Assembly (NCBI GenBank): GCA_054600435.1
Contig: BAAIJX010000070.1
Location: 1-64,000, forward strand
Length of the DNA: 64,000 nucleotides
Direction: 5' to 3'
Origin: Neophaeotheca triangularis
Taxonomy: Eukaryota
Shown: one piece after another, positions 48,055-58,106 of the stretch
Numbering within the stretch: the stretch's first letter is position 1
Layout of the letters: the number at the start of each line of letters is the position of its first letter
Program-made: the position numbers and the translations under genes
Notes under the pieces: model-generated
Seen by the model: the letters and a program-made list of their open reading frames with translations, nothing else
What the model was told of the DNA's origin: nothing
Databases searched by the model: none

Positions 48055-50697
48055 ATGAGAGAGTATCGTAAGATGAAGCAAGGCTTCGGCATGCATGGGA
48101 GGAGGCCCGTCGACTGGGAAGATGTTCTTTCGGAGGCAGAGTTTCCCGCAAAGCAAACTCGACCGGCCGTTAACAAGGACGATGGATTACTGAGACGCCA
48201 CATCGATGCTTGCACAACGTGCCGCACGCAGTTCCTCCTACCTAATGCGCTACCCGAAACGGCGGACCCTAGTCACCCTACTTCCGAAGCACTTACGTTT
48301 TCGGCCGCAACACAGTTAGTAACTGCATGGGTGGCGGAGACCAAAGCCAATTCCGAGCACATTGGAGCGGTTCTCGAGGCAAGTGGAGATCGGGTACTAC
48401 ACGTGTTGAGCATAGAGGGAAAGAAGGGGCAGGCAATCCGCCAGCGATTTTTGACTACAGCGTATCCGGACATCCCCTTCACCAAACACTTCCTCATCGA
48501 AGGGGTATACCTGGAGAACTGTTGGGAAAACTCCCAGTCGTGGCGTACTCGCTGGCTGCTCCCTTACCTGACCCTGGAATGGAGCGCTGATCCAACCAAA
48601 CTTCTCTCCATACTTGAACACAGGAGCTCGTGTCCGGGGGAAGATTGGGCGTTGCTGGATGCGGAGCAGGTCAAGCTTGGCTACGAGAGCGGCGCGCTCA
48701 GCAGTGTCTGGTACTCTGGTTGTATCTGCATTGGCGGTGATGGTTTTGGTACCGTGGTACCTTACGACGAAGACGCTATCCACTCCGGCAAATATATGGG
48801 CTTCTCTCTCGCTCAGCATATCTTTCGAGCCCAGCTGGCTCTGTCGCAGATACTCGTCCGACTAGTTGACGCAATCGTGGACCCAAAAAGCAAGAACCGC
48901 GGCAGCAACAACTGGAAAGCTTTCTTTGACGAAAGCACACCACGAGGCCTGTCTGGAATCCAATCGCCGGTGTTCGCAGGCTCCCCACACCTTCCGCCGC
49001 CTTGCTTCGCGATCGAACAGGCCATAGAGTTCGTCAAGGCTCGACAAGAAGAAGCGGAGGACCATTTGTCGAGTCATCAGAGATTCCCCCAAGCGCTTGC
49101 CACTTTGATACGCCATGCGCAAGTAGGACCCCTACAAGAACACAGCAAATTGTTGTACGGCGCAAGCGATCCGACGTTGTTTGCGGCGAGACACATCTGC
49201 TGGACCATGCGGCGGCCGAAGCTATGGGGTCTAGTCGCTTCCCTGTACGAAGACTTGCAGGTTCCATTTCAAAACGCCCGTACTTCGGACTGCACGACCT
49301 TGGATGGCGCCCGATTGGTAAACTCCGCCATTCCGCTAGCTTTTGCGTCTCTGGCCCATGATCTGAATCGGCTCATTATCGAGCAATGCCGGGTGGTGAG
49401 GCTGTCATTGCCGGAGCAGCGCGCCTTCGGGCCAAACTTCCTATTCGTTTCTGGCGACGTTGCTGTCGAAACCCAGTTCAAGCTCCTTCAAAACAAGAAT
49501 GGGCAAACGAATTATTCAAGTACGACGAACGATCCATTCGATTGTGTTGAAAGTTACTTTCGACACGATCCCTGCTTTTACGACCTGTACCAGCTCAGTG
49601 GTGACCCTCATGACCCGCTCAGCTTCAACAGGCAACACCTTCATGAGCGCTTTTTGGAGCACCTGTCGGCTACGACTTCTGAGAAGCGAAAGGGAATTGG
49701 AGGCAACCTTCTCGAACATGTATCGGATTTGCGCGCGCTCGAAGACCTTGCTCACCAGCTTCGGCTCGTGTCAGGCCGCCTAGACCATGTTGTGCCCTTG
49801 CCACAGTCACGCGAACATATCAGGGCTGTCGTTGAGGACCTTCATAGTCCACTCACGCGCTTCGATCGAAGCACGCTGAATGATATGAAAGCGGCAGTAT
49901 CCAGCTTCGAGGGCTGTGCAATGTCTGGAGACACCTGCATCGCGGGAGTTCTTTCTGCCGAGCCAGATGCCTCACGAATGGCGACACGTCAGTTGTGGGA
50001 GCGTTTTAGAGCCAGTCTTTCTACGGCATGGATTCGAAGCGGGATGGACTCGGACGCTGCCGAAGCGCAGGTAAGCCTGCTCGATGTTCACGCAAGCACG
50101 TGTGGCGACCAGGCGAACACTTGCGATAGCGTCGACCAAACAATCCTCGCAAAGGTTGTCAACGTTGTTCAGCCCACCGCCGAACAAGCCACAAGCACTG
50201 GCGGATTTGAGCACATTTCTACGTCCGCTTCACAACCTTCCAAGTCGCAACGCAGGAACGCGAAGCGTCGGGGAGCCAAGCAGCCAGATCGGTCGAATGC
50301 TTCAAGCACACCACGAGGCGCAGCGCCAATCGACCCCCTGTTTCCCCGAGCTGAACCAATCGTCATTGCAGTGAAGACTAGGAGCTTCAGAATCTTCATG
50401 CAGATTTTTGACCACAACGGAGGAGGACGAGGGGACATGCGCTTCAGGAGTTTCCAAGCAGCTATGATAGAAGCTGGATGCACTTCTATGGAGCAGGGAG
50501 ACGGCGCTGACGTGATCTTCCGCTATCCAGCGCTCGTCAACGAAACTGGGCAGCAGTTGCGGAAGGCTTGCACGCTGCACTTCCATGCACCGCATCCGAG
50601 TGACTCATACGGGCCTAATGAGTTTCCTTTGCTGGCCATTAGGTTGTTTGATCGGCTTGGGTGGAGCAGAGAGACGTTTGTCCTCAGGGCCGACTGA
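48055..50697 (+). CDS. Family copy E: 880-aa uncharacterised protein with a C-terminal HicA-like domain
   Basis: Intact intronless ORF. Blocks GMHGR, RWLLPYL, HDPCFYDLYQL. C-terminus DMRFRSFQAAMIEAG...GDGADVIF...LHFHAPHP...LFDRLGW. Confidence 0.85.
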   Translation: MREYRKMKQGFGMHGRRPVDWEDVLSEAEFPAKQTRPAVNKDDGLLRRHIDACTTCRTQFLLPNALPETADPSHPTSEALTFSAATQLVTAWVAETKANSEHIGAVLEASGDRVLHVLSIEGKKGQAIRQRFLTTAYPDIPFTKHFLIEGVYLENCWENSQSWRTRWLLPYLTLEWSADPTKLLSILEHRSSCPGEDWALLDAEQVKLGYESGALSSVWYSGCICIGGDGFGTVVPYDEDAIHSGKYMGFSLAQHIFRAQLALSQILVRLVDAIVDPKSKNRGSNNWKAFFDESTPRGLSGIQSPVFAGSPHLPPPCFAIEQAIEFVKARQEEAEDHLSSHQRFPQALATLIRHAQVGPLQEHSKLLYGASDPTLFAARHICWTMRRPKLWGLVASLYEDLQVPFQNARTSDCTTLDGARLVNSAIPLAFASLAHDLNRLIIEQCRVVRLSLPEQRAFGPNFLFVSGDVAVETQFKLLQNKNGQTNYSSTTNDPFDCVESYFRHDPCFYDLYQLSGDPHDPLSFNRQHLHERFLEHLSATTSEKRKGIGGNLLEHVSDLRALEDLAHQLRLVSGRLDHVVPLPQSREHIRAVVEDLHSPLTRFDRSTLNDMKAAVSSFEGCAMSGDTCIAGVLSAEPDASRMATRQLWERFRASLSTAWIRSGMDSDAAEAQVSLLDVHASTCGDQANTCDSVDQTILAKVVNVVQPTAEQATSTGGFEHISTSASQPSKSQRRNAKRRGAKQPDRSNASSTPRGAAPIDPLFPRAEPIVIAVKTRSFRIFMQIFDHNGGGRGDMRFRSFQAAMIEAGCTSMEQGDGADVIFRYPALVNETGQQLRKACTLHFHAPHPSDSYGPNEFPLLAIRLFDRLGWSRETFVLRAD

Positions 50698-53136
50698 GCT
50701 GGGCAGCGAGTTGTGGTAAGGAGGGTGTGCATAGACAAAAAGAGCAGGGTTCAGGTATATCAAGCATACCCAAGGGAAGCCGTAAGGGCTAAGACTCGTC
50801 TAAATTTGACAGATGCAGCTTCTCCGTGTCCGTGTGCGATACTTCACTGGATGTTGGCCGCAAACATCGCTTGGTGGGTAGTTACTGAGAACGGACTGAT
50901 ACTGTCTTTAGCTCGTAATCGCAGATAGACCTTCCTCCACGCCGATCTCGAACTACGTTCGGTCCAAGACTTTACTTCCATTATGACTACCATACCACCC
51001 TGAGTTCGCAAGTTCAAATACTATAGTTCTTCATACCGACCTTGCAAGACCTCTCATTCGAAATTTGCCCTTACCTGTAGTCCCATTTAGTAGTACCCAA
51101 AACAATTATGGGTTCCTCTCTTCTACATTCGATAAAACACAACGCTGTGCTGATCAAAAGCTATTAACACTCTGTTGGTGCAGCCTTCATGTTTCCTTTT
51201 CTAGCGTCTTAATGGCCCATGGCACCCGAGCTTCCACGAAGAAAGGGCTACTACCTAGGCCCAACCGTAAGGAGTTCTTTGGTTCGGGACAAAGAAATAG
51301 CTAAACAAAGGCTTTTGTGCCGTCTGCGTGCTCGCCACAGTTGGCGACCACTTGTCTCGCTTGTCGCTAGATAGTGGTATTGAGACTTGAGCAGACGTTT
51401 CTTAGGCAAAGCGTTGCTGCTTCCATCTCATGTAAAGGGAGTAGGTACCCCTGACTGTGTGGTAGTCAAACTGCCCTGCTCCGCTGTATCGTGCACTATT
51501 AGGCTTAATTGTTGTTGTCCCTTCCAAGGGCGCTTGGAAACTTTCGACGATGGGCCATGGCATATACACTAATTAGAAGGGCACTAAGGAGACCGGATTC
51601 CCGTGAGCAACTCCTACTGATCGTCTAATTTACCTTTAGCCACCTACCGTGCCCCCTCATTAAAAAGAGCTACTTGCTCATTGGCAGTTTCCATAATCCT
51701 GCTTCGCGTAAATGGACCTCGAAAATGGCCGCTTCGCCTTCTACTCCTGCGCCTTGCTTCCGCCATCCAACGCTCAGGGGGTCGCGCTTACGTCGAGCGA
51801 TCACGGAAAAACAGTCTCCGGCATGAGCCCAGCCGTTCGTTCAGCGCTTTCTGTCGGGTTCCGGCTGGCAACGCTTACTCTGGAGGCACGAGCAGTTCGC
51901 TTGACACTTCTCTGCAAATTGTCACGGACTACATTGGAGGACATCCCTCGCAGAAGCCGCTGAGGCTTTCAGAGGCCCTGGACTATCCAGACTGATAACT
52001 CTGATGATTTTTCACCTACCTTCGTCCAGATGTCGAACTTACCTCCCTCGGTCTTCGACATGGGTCGAGCGCTCGAGCTTGCAAGCGAGCGCCCTTCACA
52101 GGCTGAGGACGCTATAGATTCGCATCAGGTCGACGAGTCCACCCGCACTTGCAAGTTTTTGGTCGTCTCTTGAGGTAGCCTACCTTGAGCATTCGAGACA
52201 CCATATGTTTGGAGACAGGGCCTTTGAAGATTTCTGAGCACTCCTCAGCGCTTAAAAAGTTCAAAGTGCAGCGCCGCCGATCCCGAATCAGCCCCGTCAA
52301 ATTAGCCAGGGGCCAATCGTCCTCGCGATTTACTCGGACGCGTGGGACAATAGCGTCGAAGATTCCTACAAACCCCGACTTCTGACGAAGTGGGAGCAAA
52401 AAGGCGATCAGGTGAGCTCGCTATCTGCGAACGAGGCAAGACCTCGTCGAGCAGAATTGCCTCCGCCTCCAACGCCTTTAATAGCCAACGCAAGGCACCT
52501 CCCCGTTCTTTTCGCGCTCCTCAACGCGGGGGCAGGCACAGCGTACTTGACCTCAGTAAAGTGGCGAGAGCTTCAGGCGGACCTAGTGAGCATTGCCTTT
52601 GGCTGCACTACCAATGATGGTTCGTAGTACATCTTCACCAGAGCTGCCGACGAGATAAAGTGCCCCACAGCGTTCAACCTGCATCGTCCGCACGACAGGG
52701 CTTTCCATCTTGTGATACAGTGACGTTGATGGGAATTGGTAGCAGACTGCATGGTAGGGTTGGATGGACTGTAGATACTTTTGTTGAGGCTTGAGAGGGA
52801 AAAATGCCTGCAGGAGGGCTATCGGATAGCGCTTTGCGAGACGTCTCTGTGAGACAGCTTTAGGGTAAAGGTTTGGAGGGGACGGGAGATCAGGGCGATT
52901 TGAGTACTGGCTGTCTTCTGCTTTGGGGCCTTACTAGGAATTTTTGGTCTCGTTCTTTGCTGGTTCAAAGATTGTGAAACCTGAGATAGTCAGGGTCTAC
53001 CAGCAATTACCAGTAGTGTTGAAGCAGGTTGTTAGAGCCCCATTCTCCCACTGCACCTATCGCTTTTCCGCCCCCCAGATCATACTGCCCGAGGTTATCG
53101 AACTCCTTTCTCTCTGAGACTGATTTCCCGATTGCC

Positions 53137-53330
53137 GACTACTGGAATATCGTTCAGGGGCTGTCGCGACCCTTGCTCTTTTGACCACAAAGAGTGTACA
53201 CTCACGTCGCGCACCACGTCGAGACAGCAATATAAAAGAAGCATCCCAAAATCTCATATGCTTTTGTCCAAGATCTAGAGTCTCTAAGCGTACTCGAAGA
53301 TATATTGCGATATTCCAAGCACTCCCGATC
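53137..53330 (+). pseudogene. Family copy G: heavily decayed relic (may extend ~51.0-54.1 kb)
   Basis: Hand translation DYWNIVQ../GCRDPCSFD/..VYTHVAHHVETAI*KKHPKISYAFVQDLESLSVLEDILRY resembles the DYW...DP...LRVLE.LLRY block of copy C. Contains stops and frameshifts. Confidence 0.55.
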
Positions 53331-55039
53331 GGTTCATGGGGTTATAACGAGGTTTGGAGGCTGCACTTCGGCGCCGCGTAAAGCGCAACCGGCCTTTCCA
53401 AGATGGGATGAATGCATCACCATGACAATGTAGAGATTCACCGCTGTCTTTTTGGCTTCGGCAACTTCTCTCGAGGCCATTCTGAGTTGGGACCATCTGC
53501 TCTGAGCGGTTTTGTCGAGATACCTAAAGTCTTTGCTGCGTTACATATCAACAGCCAAGATGACTCGAAAGTTTTTGGTAAGACTTGATCATGGACCATG
53601 ATCAGTGTTACTGTGTTGCCGAGTCTAATCAGACTCCTCAGCCCCCCGAGGCTATCGATTTCTGGCTTTGTTGCTCTGATTACCAGCTAGGGCGCCATCT
53701 TCTGTAAGGTCACCGCTTCATGTTATAATGCCTTTACATAGAATCAAAGGCTCCGTGAAAAGGAGAACATCCGCCTTCCATCGTAGTAAGGAACAAGTGG
53801 CAAGAAAGGCGTTGAGCCATTCTTCAGTCATTGAGCAGCTACCACTCATGTATATGGTAGCATTAGCTTTGCCATCTCATCGGTCGTCGCTCACTGTTTT
53901 CTCTCTCGTGCTCACCAAAGATTCAAGACTGTAGGTGCGTTTACAACACTGTCGACCTTCTCTCCAGCGCCAACTTCTTGACGCAAAAAGCTAGTACGTA
54001 TCTGCGTGGAGTTTTAGAGAAAGGTCTGGGTCGGGAGTCTCATCCTCGAAGCAGGAGGCGAACAAGGGTTCTACTAGTAAGCACAGAAAAAGATACGCTT
54101 TCCAAGTTTCGGTGTCTGTCTCCCCCTTTTGCATCTCCTACTCGTCATCAATGACCGTCTTGACCATGCCAACAGGCCGTAGTTACATTCCGTCGCTTTC
54201 TTTGTATGTGAGCTTCAGATTCAGAGCGGATTGCCCGGGATGGTCTTTGTCTCCAGTCACAAGGAGATCGTCTTTATGCTAAGCCCTTTCGTCTTTTCTG
54301 CGCCAACACCCATAGCCGAGCCTGGCAGTACAGTCCCAATTGACCTTCCTTTCCTTCCCATCCTCAATCTCTATTGCGCGGATAGGGGCGCAGATGACCG
54401 GCGCGGAGACGTGCAGCGCGGACCAAAGTCAGGGGCAGGTCCAGCATTCATGGGGATGGTATTCTTGGCCCTGACCCCTTCTTATCAAGCTTTTTACCTT
54501 CGTCTTCCGTGAAAAGAATCAGCAATGGCAGCTATTATGCTTGAGTCCTTTCGTTAAGACAGTGGCGCGATCGACCACCTGCTTGGTCAACTCCTACCGT
54601 CCTGAGTCTGGCAAGAATGGCGACGACGAACCCCTTTACTATCCATACTCAAGATCCCCACATATGTATTCCTGGTCCGTTGGGGCATTGCTATCAGTTC
54701 TTGTTCACTTTCACGTGTTAAATAGCACGTCCATAACATGCTGCAGAGGCCTGAGGCATGGATTTAGAAGTGAATGATGAGATCTTCAACTTCGGCTGCC
54801 TCATGGCTTTGGCACTTCTCCTGTTCCAACTCATCCCCAAAACACGCCCTCCAACTCTTGACACCATCCATTGCAACACCTTTTCATCGTCGACTTCCAC
54901 CTCTAACTTAAGATTTATCAGTGCTATAATCATTCAACAACCAGTACAGTCATCTTGAAACCACAAGTATATTGCTACTTTTGCACTACTTACCCATACT
55001 GCTCCAGACGCCGGACGGTGCGCTACCGCTACCACCAAC

Positions 55040-57697
55040 ATGGCTCCCCGCAGGCGATCCCCGATGATTGCACCACGTCCACCGGCTCCATCAGAGGTAG
55101 GGCGCAGGCTTGCAGAAGGCGTTCGCAAGCACTACGGGTGGATCGGCTGCCATGGCAGGACTCGGATCACGCAAGCCCACATCGAGGAGCATGTGAGGCT
55201 CGTGACTCGCCTTGCACTTTCAGGAGAGCTTCAGCCGCCTTCGCTCCAAAAGCTGGCCCAGGAGTCGAACCCATACGCCGAGTTGCTGAACGGCAGCACG
55301 CCCACTTTGAGCGCTCGCCGCGGCGTCTTTCAAGGAGATATCAGCAACACCAACGCTCAGGCGCTCATAACACGCCACGTAGCGGCATCGCGTGCCAATG
55401 TCAAAGAGCTTGGGGAGCTGATGAATGTTCATGGGGCATTGATCGAAAAGACCGTGGCGAAGATCAACAAGAAGACCCTGGCGAAGTTGTTCCAAGCGGA
55501 AATGCCAGACATGCCGACTTTCAAGTGCTGGCAGTTGCCCATAATCTATCAGCAATTTTGGTGGTACCACGCAAAGCAAGATCGAAAGGCCTGGTTGCTG
55601 CCACACCTGACCCTGAACGACCTCGTCGAAGACAGAAAGACTTTCCTCAACCTCGCGAACGAGAGGGTCGATTCATCGCCAGGGGCGCTCTTCCACGCAG
55701 ACATGGGACACCTTCGCTTCGGCTTTTGTGCGGGTGCTTTCGATGTGCCCTGGAGCTCCTCTCACGTTATCTTGACCGGATCAGCGCATGGCAAGCTCGT
55801 CGGTCAGCGCCCGTTGAGCGTCCAGAAGGGGCTAAGTGCTCCTGTGCCCGTCGGTTTGTTGGTTTTTGAAGCGCAGGCGGTGCTATCGGAGTATCTCTGC
55901 AAGACGGCTCACAAAATTTTGGCCGAGGTCAGCAACGAGGCCAAGGCTCGCTCGCTGGGGGATTCCACTCCCAGGGCGCCCGCACCTACCGTGATGGCTG
56001 ACCTTACGATGTCGTTACTCTCCCTCCAAGAAGAAGCCGTTGGATACCTCCAGGAAGCCATTGACAATATCTGGCTCACCCAGACAGATGTGCACTACGC
56101 CCAACGCGCGGTGGCAATGCTCATGGAGAAGAAGGGGGACGAAGTTTTCGAGCAAGTCAAACCGGGCGACACATGGTCTGCCGCGGCGACACAGCTCATC
56201 ACAAGCATCACGGAGCGAGTCACCACTTGGAAAGCTCTCGTGGACGAGCTCGAAAACGTCCTCGCAGTCGCTCAGCGAGACCCGGCCTCGAACAACATCG
56301 GCTCGGAAGACGGGCTCGGCGCCGAGCTTTCGCAAGCTCTAGATTGCCTGGATCTGCTTCTCGATATCCGCATCGACGTGCGCAGACTGCACGTCCGCGA
56401 GCGTTTCCTACGACAAAAGTCGTTCGATCAGTATTTCAACAAGCATTACGACAATGGCAAGTACAGAGTCGCGGTCGACTTTACCGCGGTTTCCAAAGAT
56501 ATCTCTCCGGAAGTCGACGACGCTGGGGGTCTAGCCTTCCGCGACGACTGCTTGTTTTGGTGCGCCTTCCAGCTGGTATCGAATCCCGAGGGCGACGAGC
56601 TGGCCTTCCCCCGTGAATTGTTGTATGCTCAATTTGACAACCACATGGATTCGGCCAGCACGAGTGAGCGCGCGAGGCTAGATGCTGGTTTCCTTCGCGA
56701 GTTGAACGATCTCCGCGTCATGGAGGATATGCATCGAGCTCTCCACCGCTGGACGCGGAAGTCTGTCGGCATCAAGTATGAGGAAGCAAGCAAGTTGCGT
56801 CTTGGCGCAGTGTTCTGGAGCAAATATGGAGCCTCGCAGGAGAGACTCTCCTCTCCCAACCCGGTCAATGGCACCTCAAAAAGCTTTCGACTGTCAAAGC
56901 CGGACTTGGGCCCATTCTTGCGCGATTTCGCAGAGCTTCCTATGGCTTGGGGAAACCGCGACGTCAACTTCTACGAGTGTCTCTCGGAGAAACGTGACAA
57001 GCTCGCAGCGTTCTTTGAAGCCGCCCGAGGATATGTCGAACTTGCTTGTCATGGCCGAGGATGCTCGGGATATGGCACCGCTGCCAACGTGGGCTTGCTG
57101 GTACATGACCTTGAGATCGAGCATCTTGCCAAAGTCCAAGAGGAGCGAGTCACATTGGCCGCCCTACGCAAGTCTTTGTCAACTACACAGCAGCACGTGC
57201 CTTTGGCTGCTGGTCAATTAGGCAGCCTCGCCAGCAAGCCTCAGACGAAGCAGAAGACACCTCCAGCGGTGAAACAAAAGACACGGCCCGCCCGAAACGA
57301 CAACGCACATGAAGGCGATGGGCCAGACGATCCTCCTGCTGCAGAGGAAGAGATGAATCCAGAGCCCGAGGCTCCCAAGATCGTCGTCAAATCTAACAGC
57401 TACCGTATTCTCACCGCCATGCTTCCGTCTTCGCAAGGCAACAGCGACTCCAGTATCTCCGTGCGATTTAACAACATGGCGGCAGCGGTGATCGACGCAG
57501 GCGCCACGGCTTCGGAAAACAAAAAGGGCTGCGCTGTGACGTTCAAGCTAAACGGCATGGTTGTCGTTCTTCATCGCCCGCATCCGAGTCCGGAGATTGA
57601 TGCTTTGACGCTTGAGATTATGGGCAAGATGTTGTCGAAGGGGTTCGGGTGGTTTGCGGAGGACTTTGTTGAGGGGAAGAAGGGGGGGAAGGAGTAG
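55040..57697 (+). CDS. Family copy F: 885-aa uncharacterised protein with a C-terminal HicA-like domain
   Basis: Intact intronless ORF, closest to A (ESNPYAELL, RKAWLLPHL, ALDCLDLLL, KRDKLAAFF). C-terminus VRFNNMAAAVIDAG...KGCAVTFKLNGMVVVLHRPHP...MGKML..GFGW. Confidence 0.87.
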   Translation: MAPRRRSPMIAPRPPAPSEVGRRLAEGVRKHYGWIGCHGRTRITQAHIEEHVRLVTRLALSGELQPPSLQKLAQESNPYAELLNGSTPTLSARRGVFQGDISNTNAQALITRHVAASRANVKELGELMNVHGALIEKTVAKINKKTLAKLFQAEMPDMPTFKCWQLPIIYQQFWWYHAKQDRKAWLLPHLTLNDLVEDRKTFLNLANERVDSSPGALFHADMGHLRFGFCAGAFDVPWSSSHVILTGSAHGKLVGQRPLSVQKGLSAPVPVGLLVFEAQAVLSEYLCKTAHKILAEVSNEAKARSLGDSTPRAPAPTVMADLTMSLLSLQEEAVGYLQEAIDNIWLTQTDVHYAQRAVAMLMEKKGDEVFEQVKPGDTWSAAATQLITSITERVTTWKALVDELENVLAVAQRDPASNNIGSEDGLGAELSQALDCLDLLLDIRIDVRRLHVRERFLRQKSFDQYFNKHYDNGKYRVAVDFTAVSKDISPEVDDAGGLAFRDDCLFWCAFQLVSNPEGDELAFPRELLYAQFDNHMDSASTSERARLDAGFLRELNDLRVMEDMHRALHRWTRKSVGIKYEEASKLRLGAVFWSKYGASQERLSSPNPVNGTSKSFRLSKPDLGPFLRDFAELPMAWGNRDVNFYECLSEKRDKLAAFFEAARGYVELACHGRGCSGYGTAANVGLLVHDLEIEHLAKVQEERVTLAALRKSLSTTQQHVPLAAGQLGSLASKPQTKQKTPPAVKQKTRPARNDNAHEGDGPDDPPAAEEEMNPEPEAPKIVVKSNSYRILTAMLPSSQGNSDSSISVRFNNMAAAVIDAGATASENKKGCAVTFKLNGMVVVLHRPHPSPEIDALTLEIMGKMLSKGFGWFAEDFVEGKKGGKE

Positions 57698-58106
57698 GGG
57701 TTTTGAACGGAAGAGATGCTTCGGGTGCTTTGGAAAAGGCTGGATACTTACGGTTTCAGCAGAACCGCGAAGGTAAAGAGGGCTTTTGGCAGAGTGCGCT
57801 CGAAGTCGAGAAAGGATGGGCATTGGCATAGGAACGCGAATGGAGGATTGTCGGGTCTGTTTTCGAGCGGAGGCGTTGGTTGCATTTTGTTCAATGGAGA
57901 TCAAAGGTTTCGTAGAGCATTGGTTCGTTTGGGGATATCCTTTGGCGCATAATGAGTCGTTCCTGCATATCGCAACAGTGGAAGCATTTTCCGAATCGCC
58001 CACTCCCGCACCAAAGGCTCAGCCTTTCAACATCACCCAGCTGAACCCTCAAACCTCAACCACCCCTATCAACCCCACCATCACTCCGTCTCCCGGCCCC
58101 CAAATC

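Noticed and set aside
52112..52710. Minus-strand fragments faintly resembling a BTB-domain gene
   Set aside because: Interrupted by stops, and the similarity is too weak to support.
54955..55869. 304-aa ORF overlapping copy F in another frame
   Set aside because: Arg-rich off-frame read-through with a non-ATG start and no protein-like features.
26772..57697. HicB-like antitoxin next to the HicA-like genes
   Set aside because: None of the short neighbouring ORFs shows a recognisable HicB pattern.
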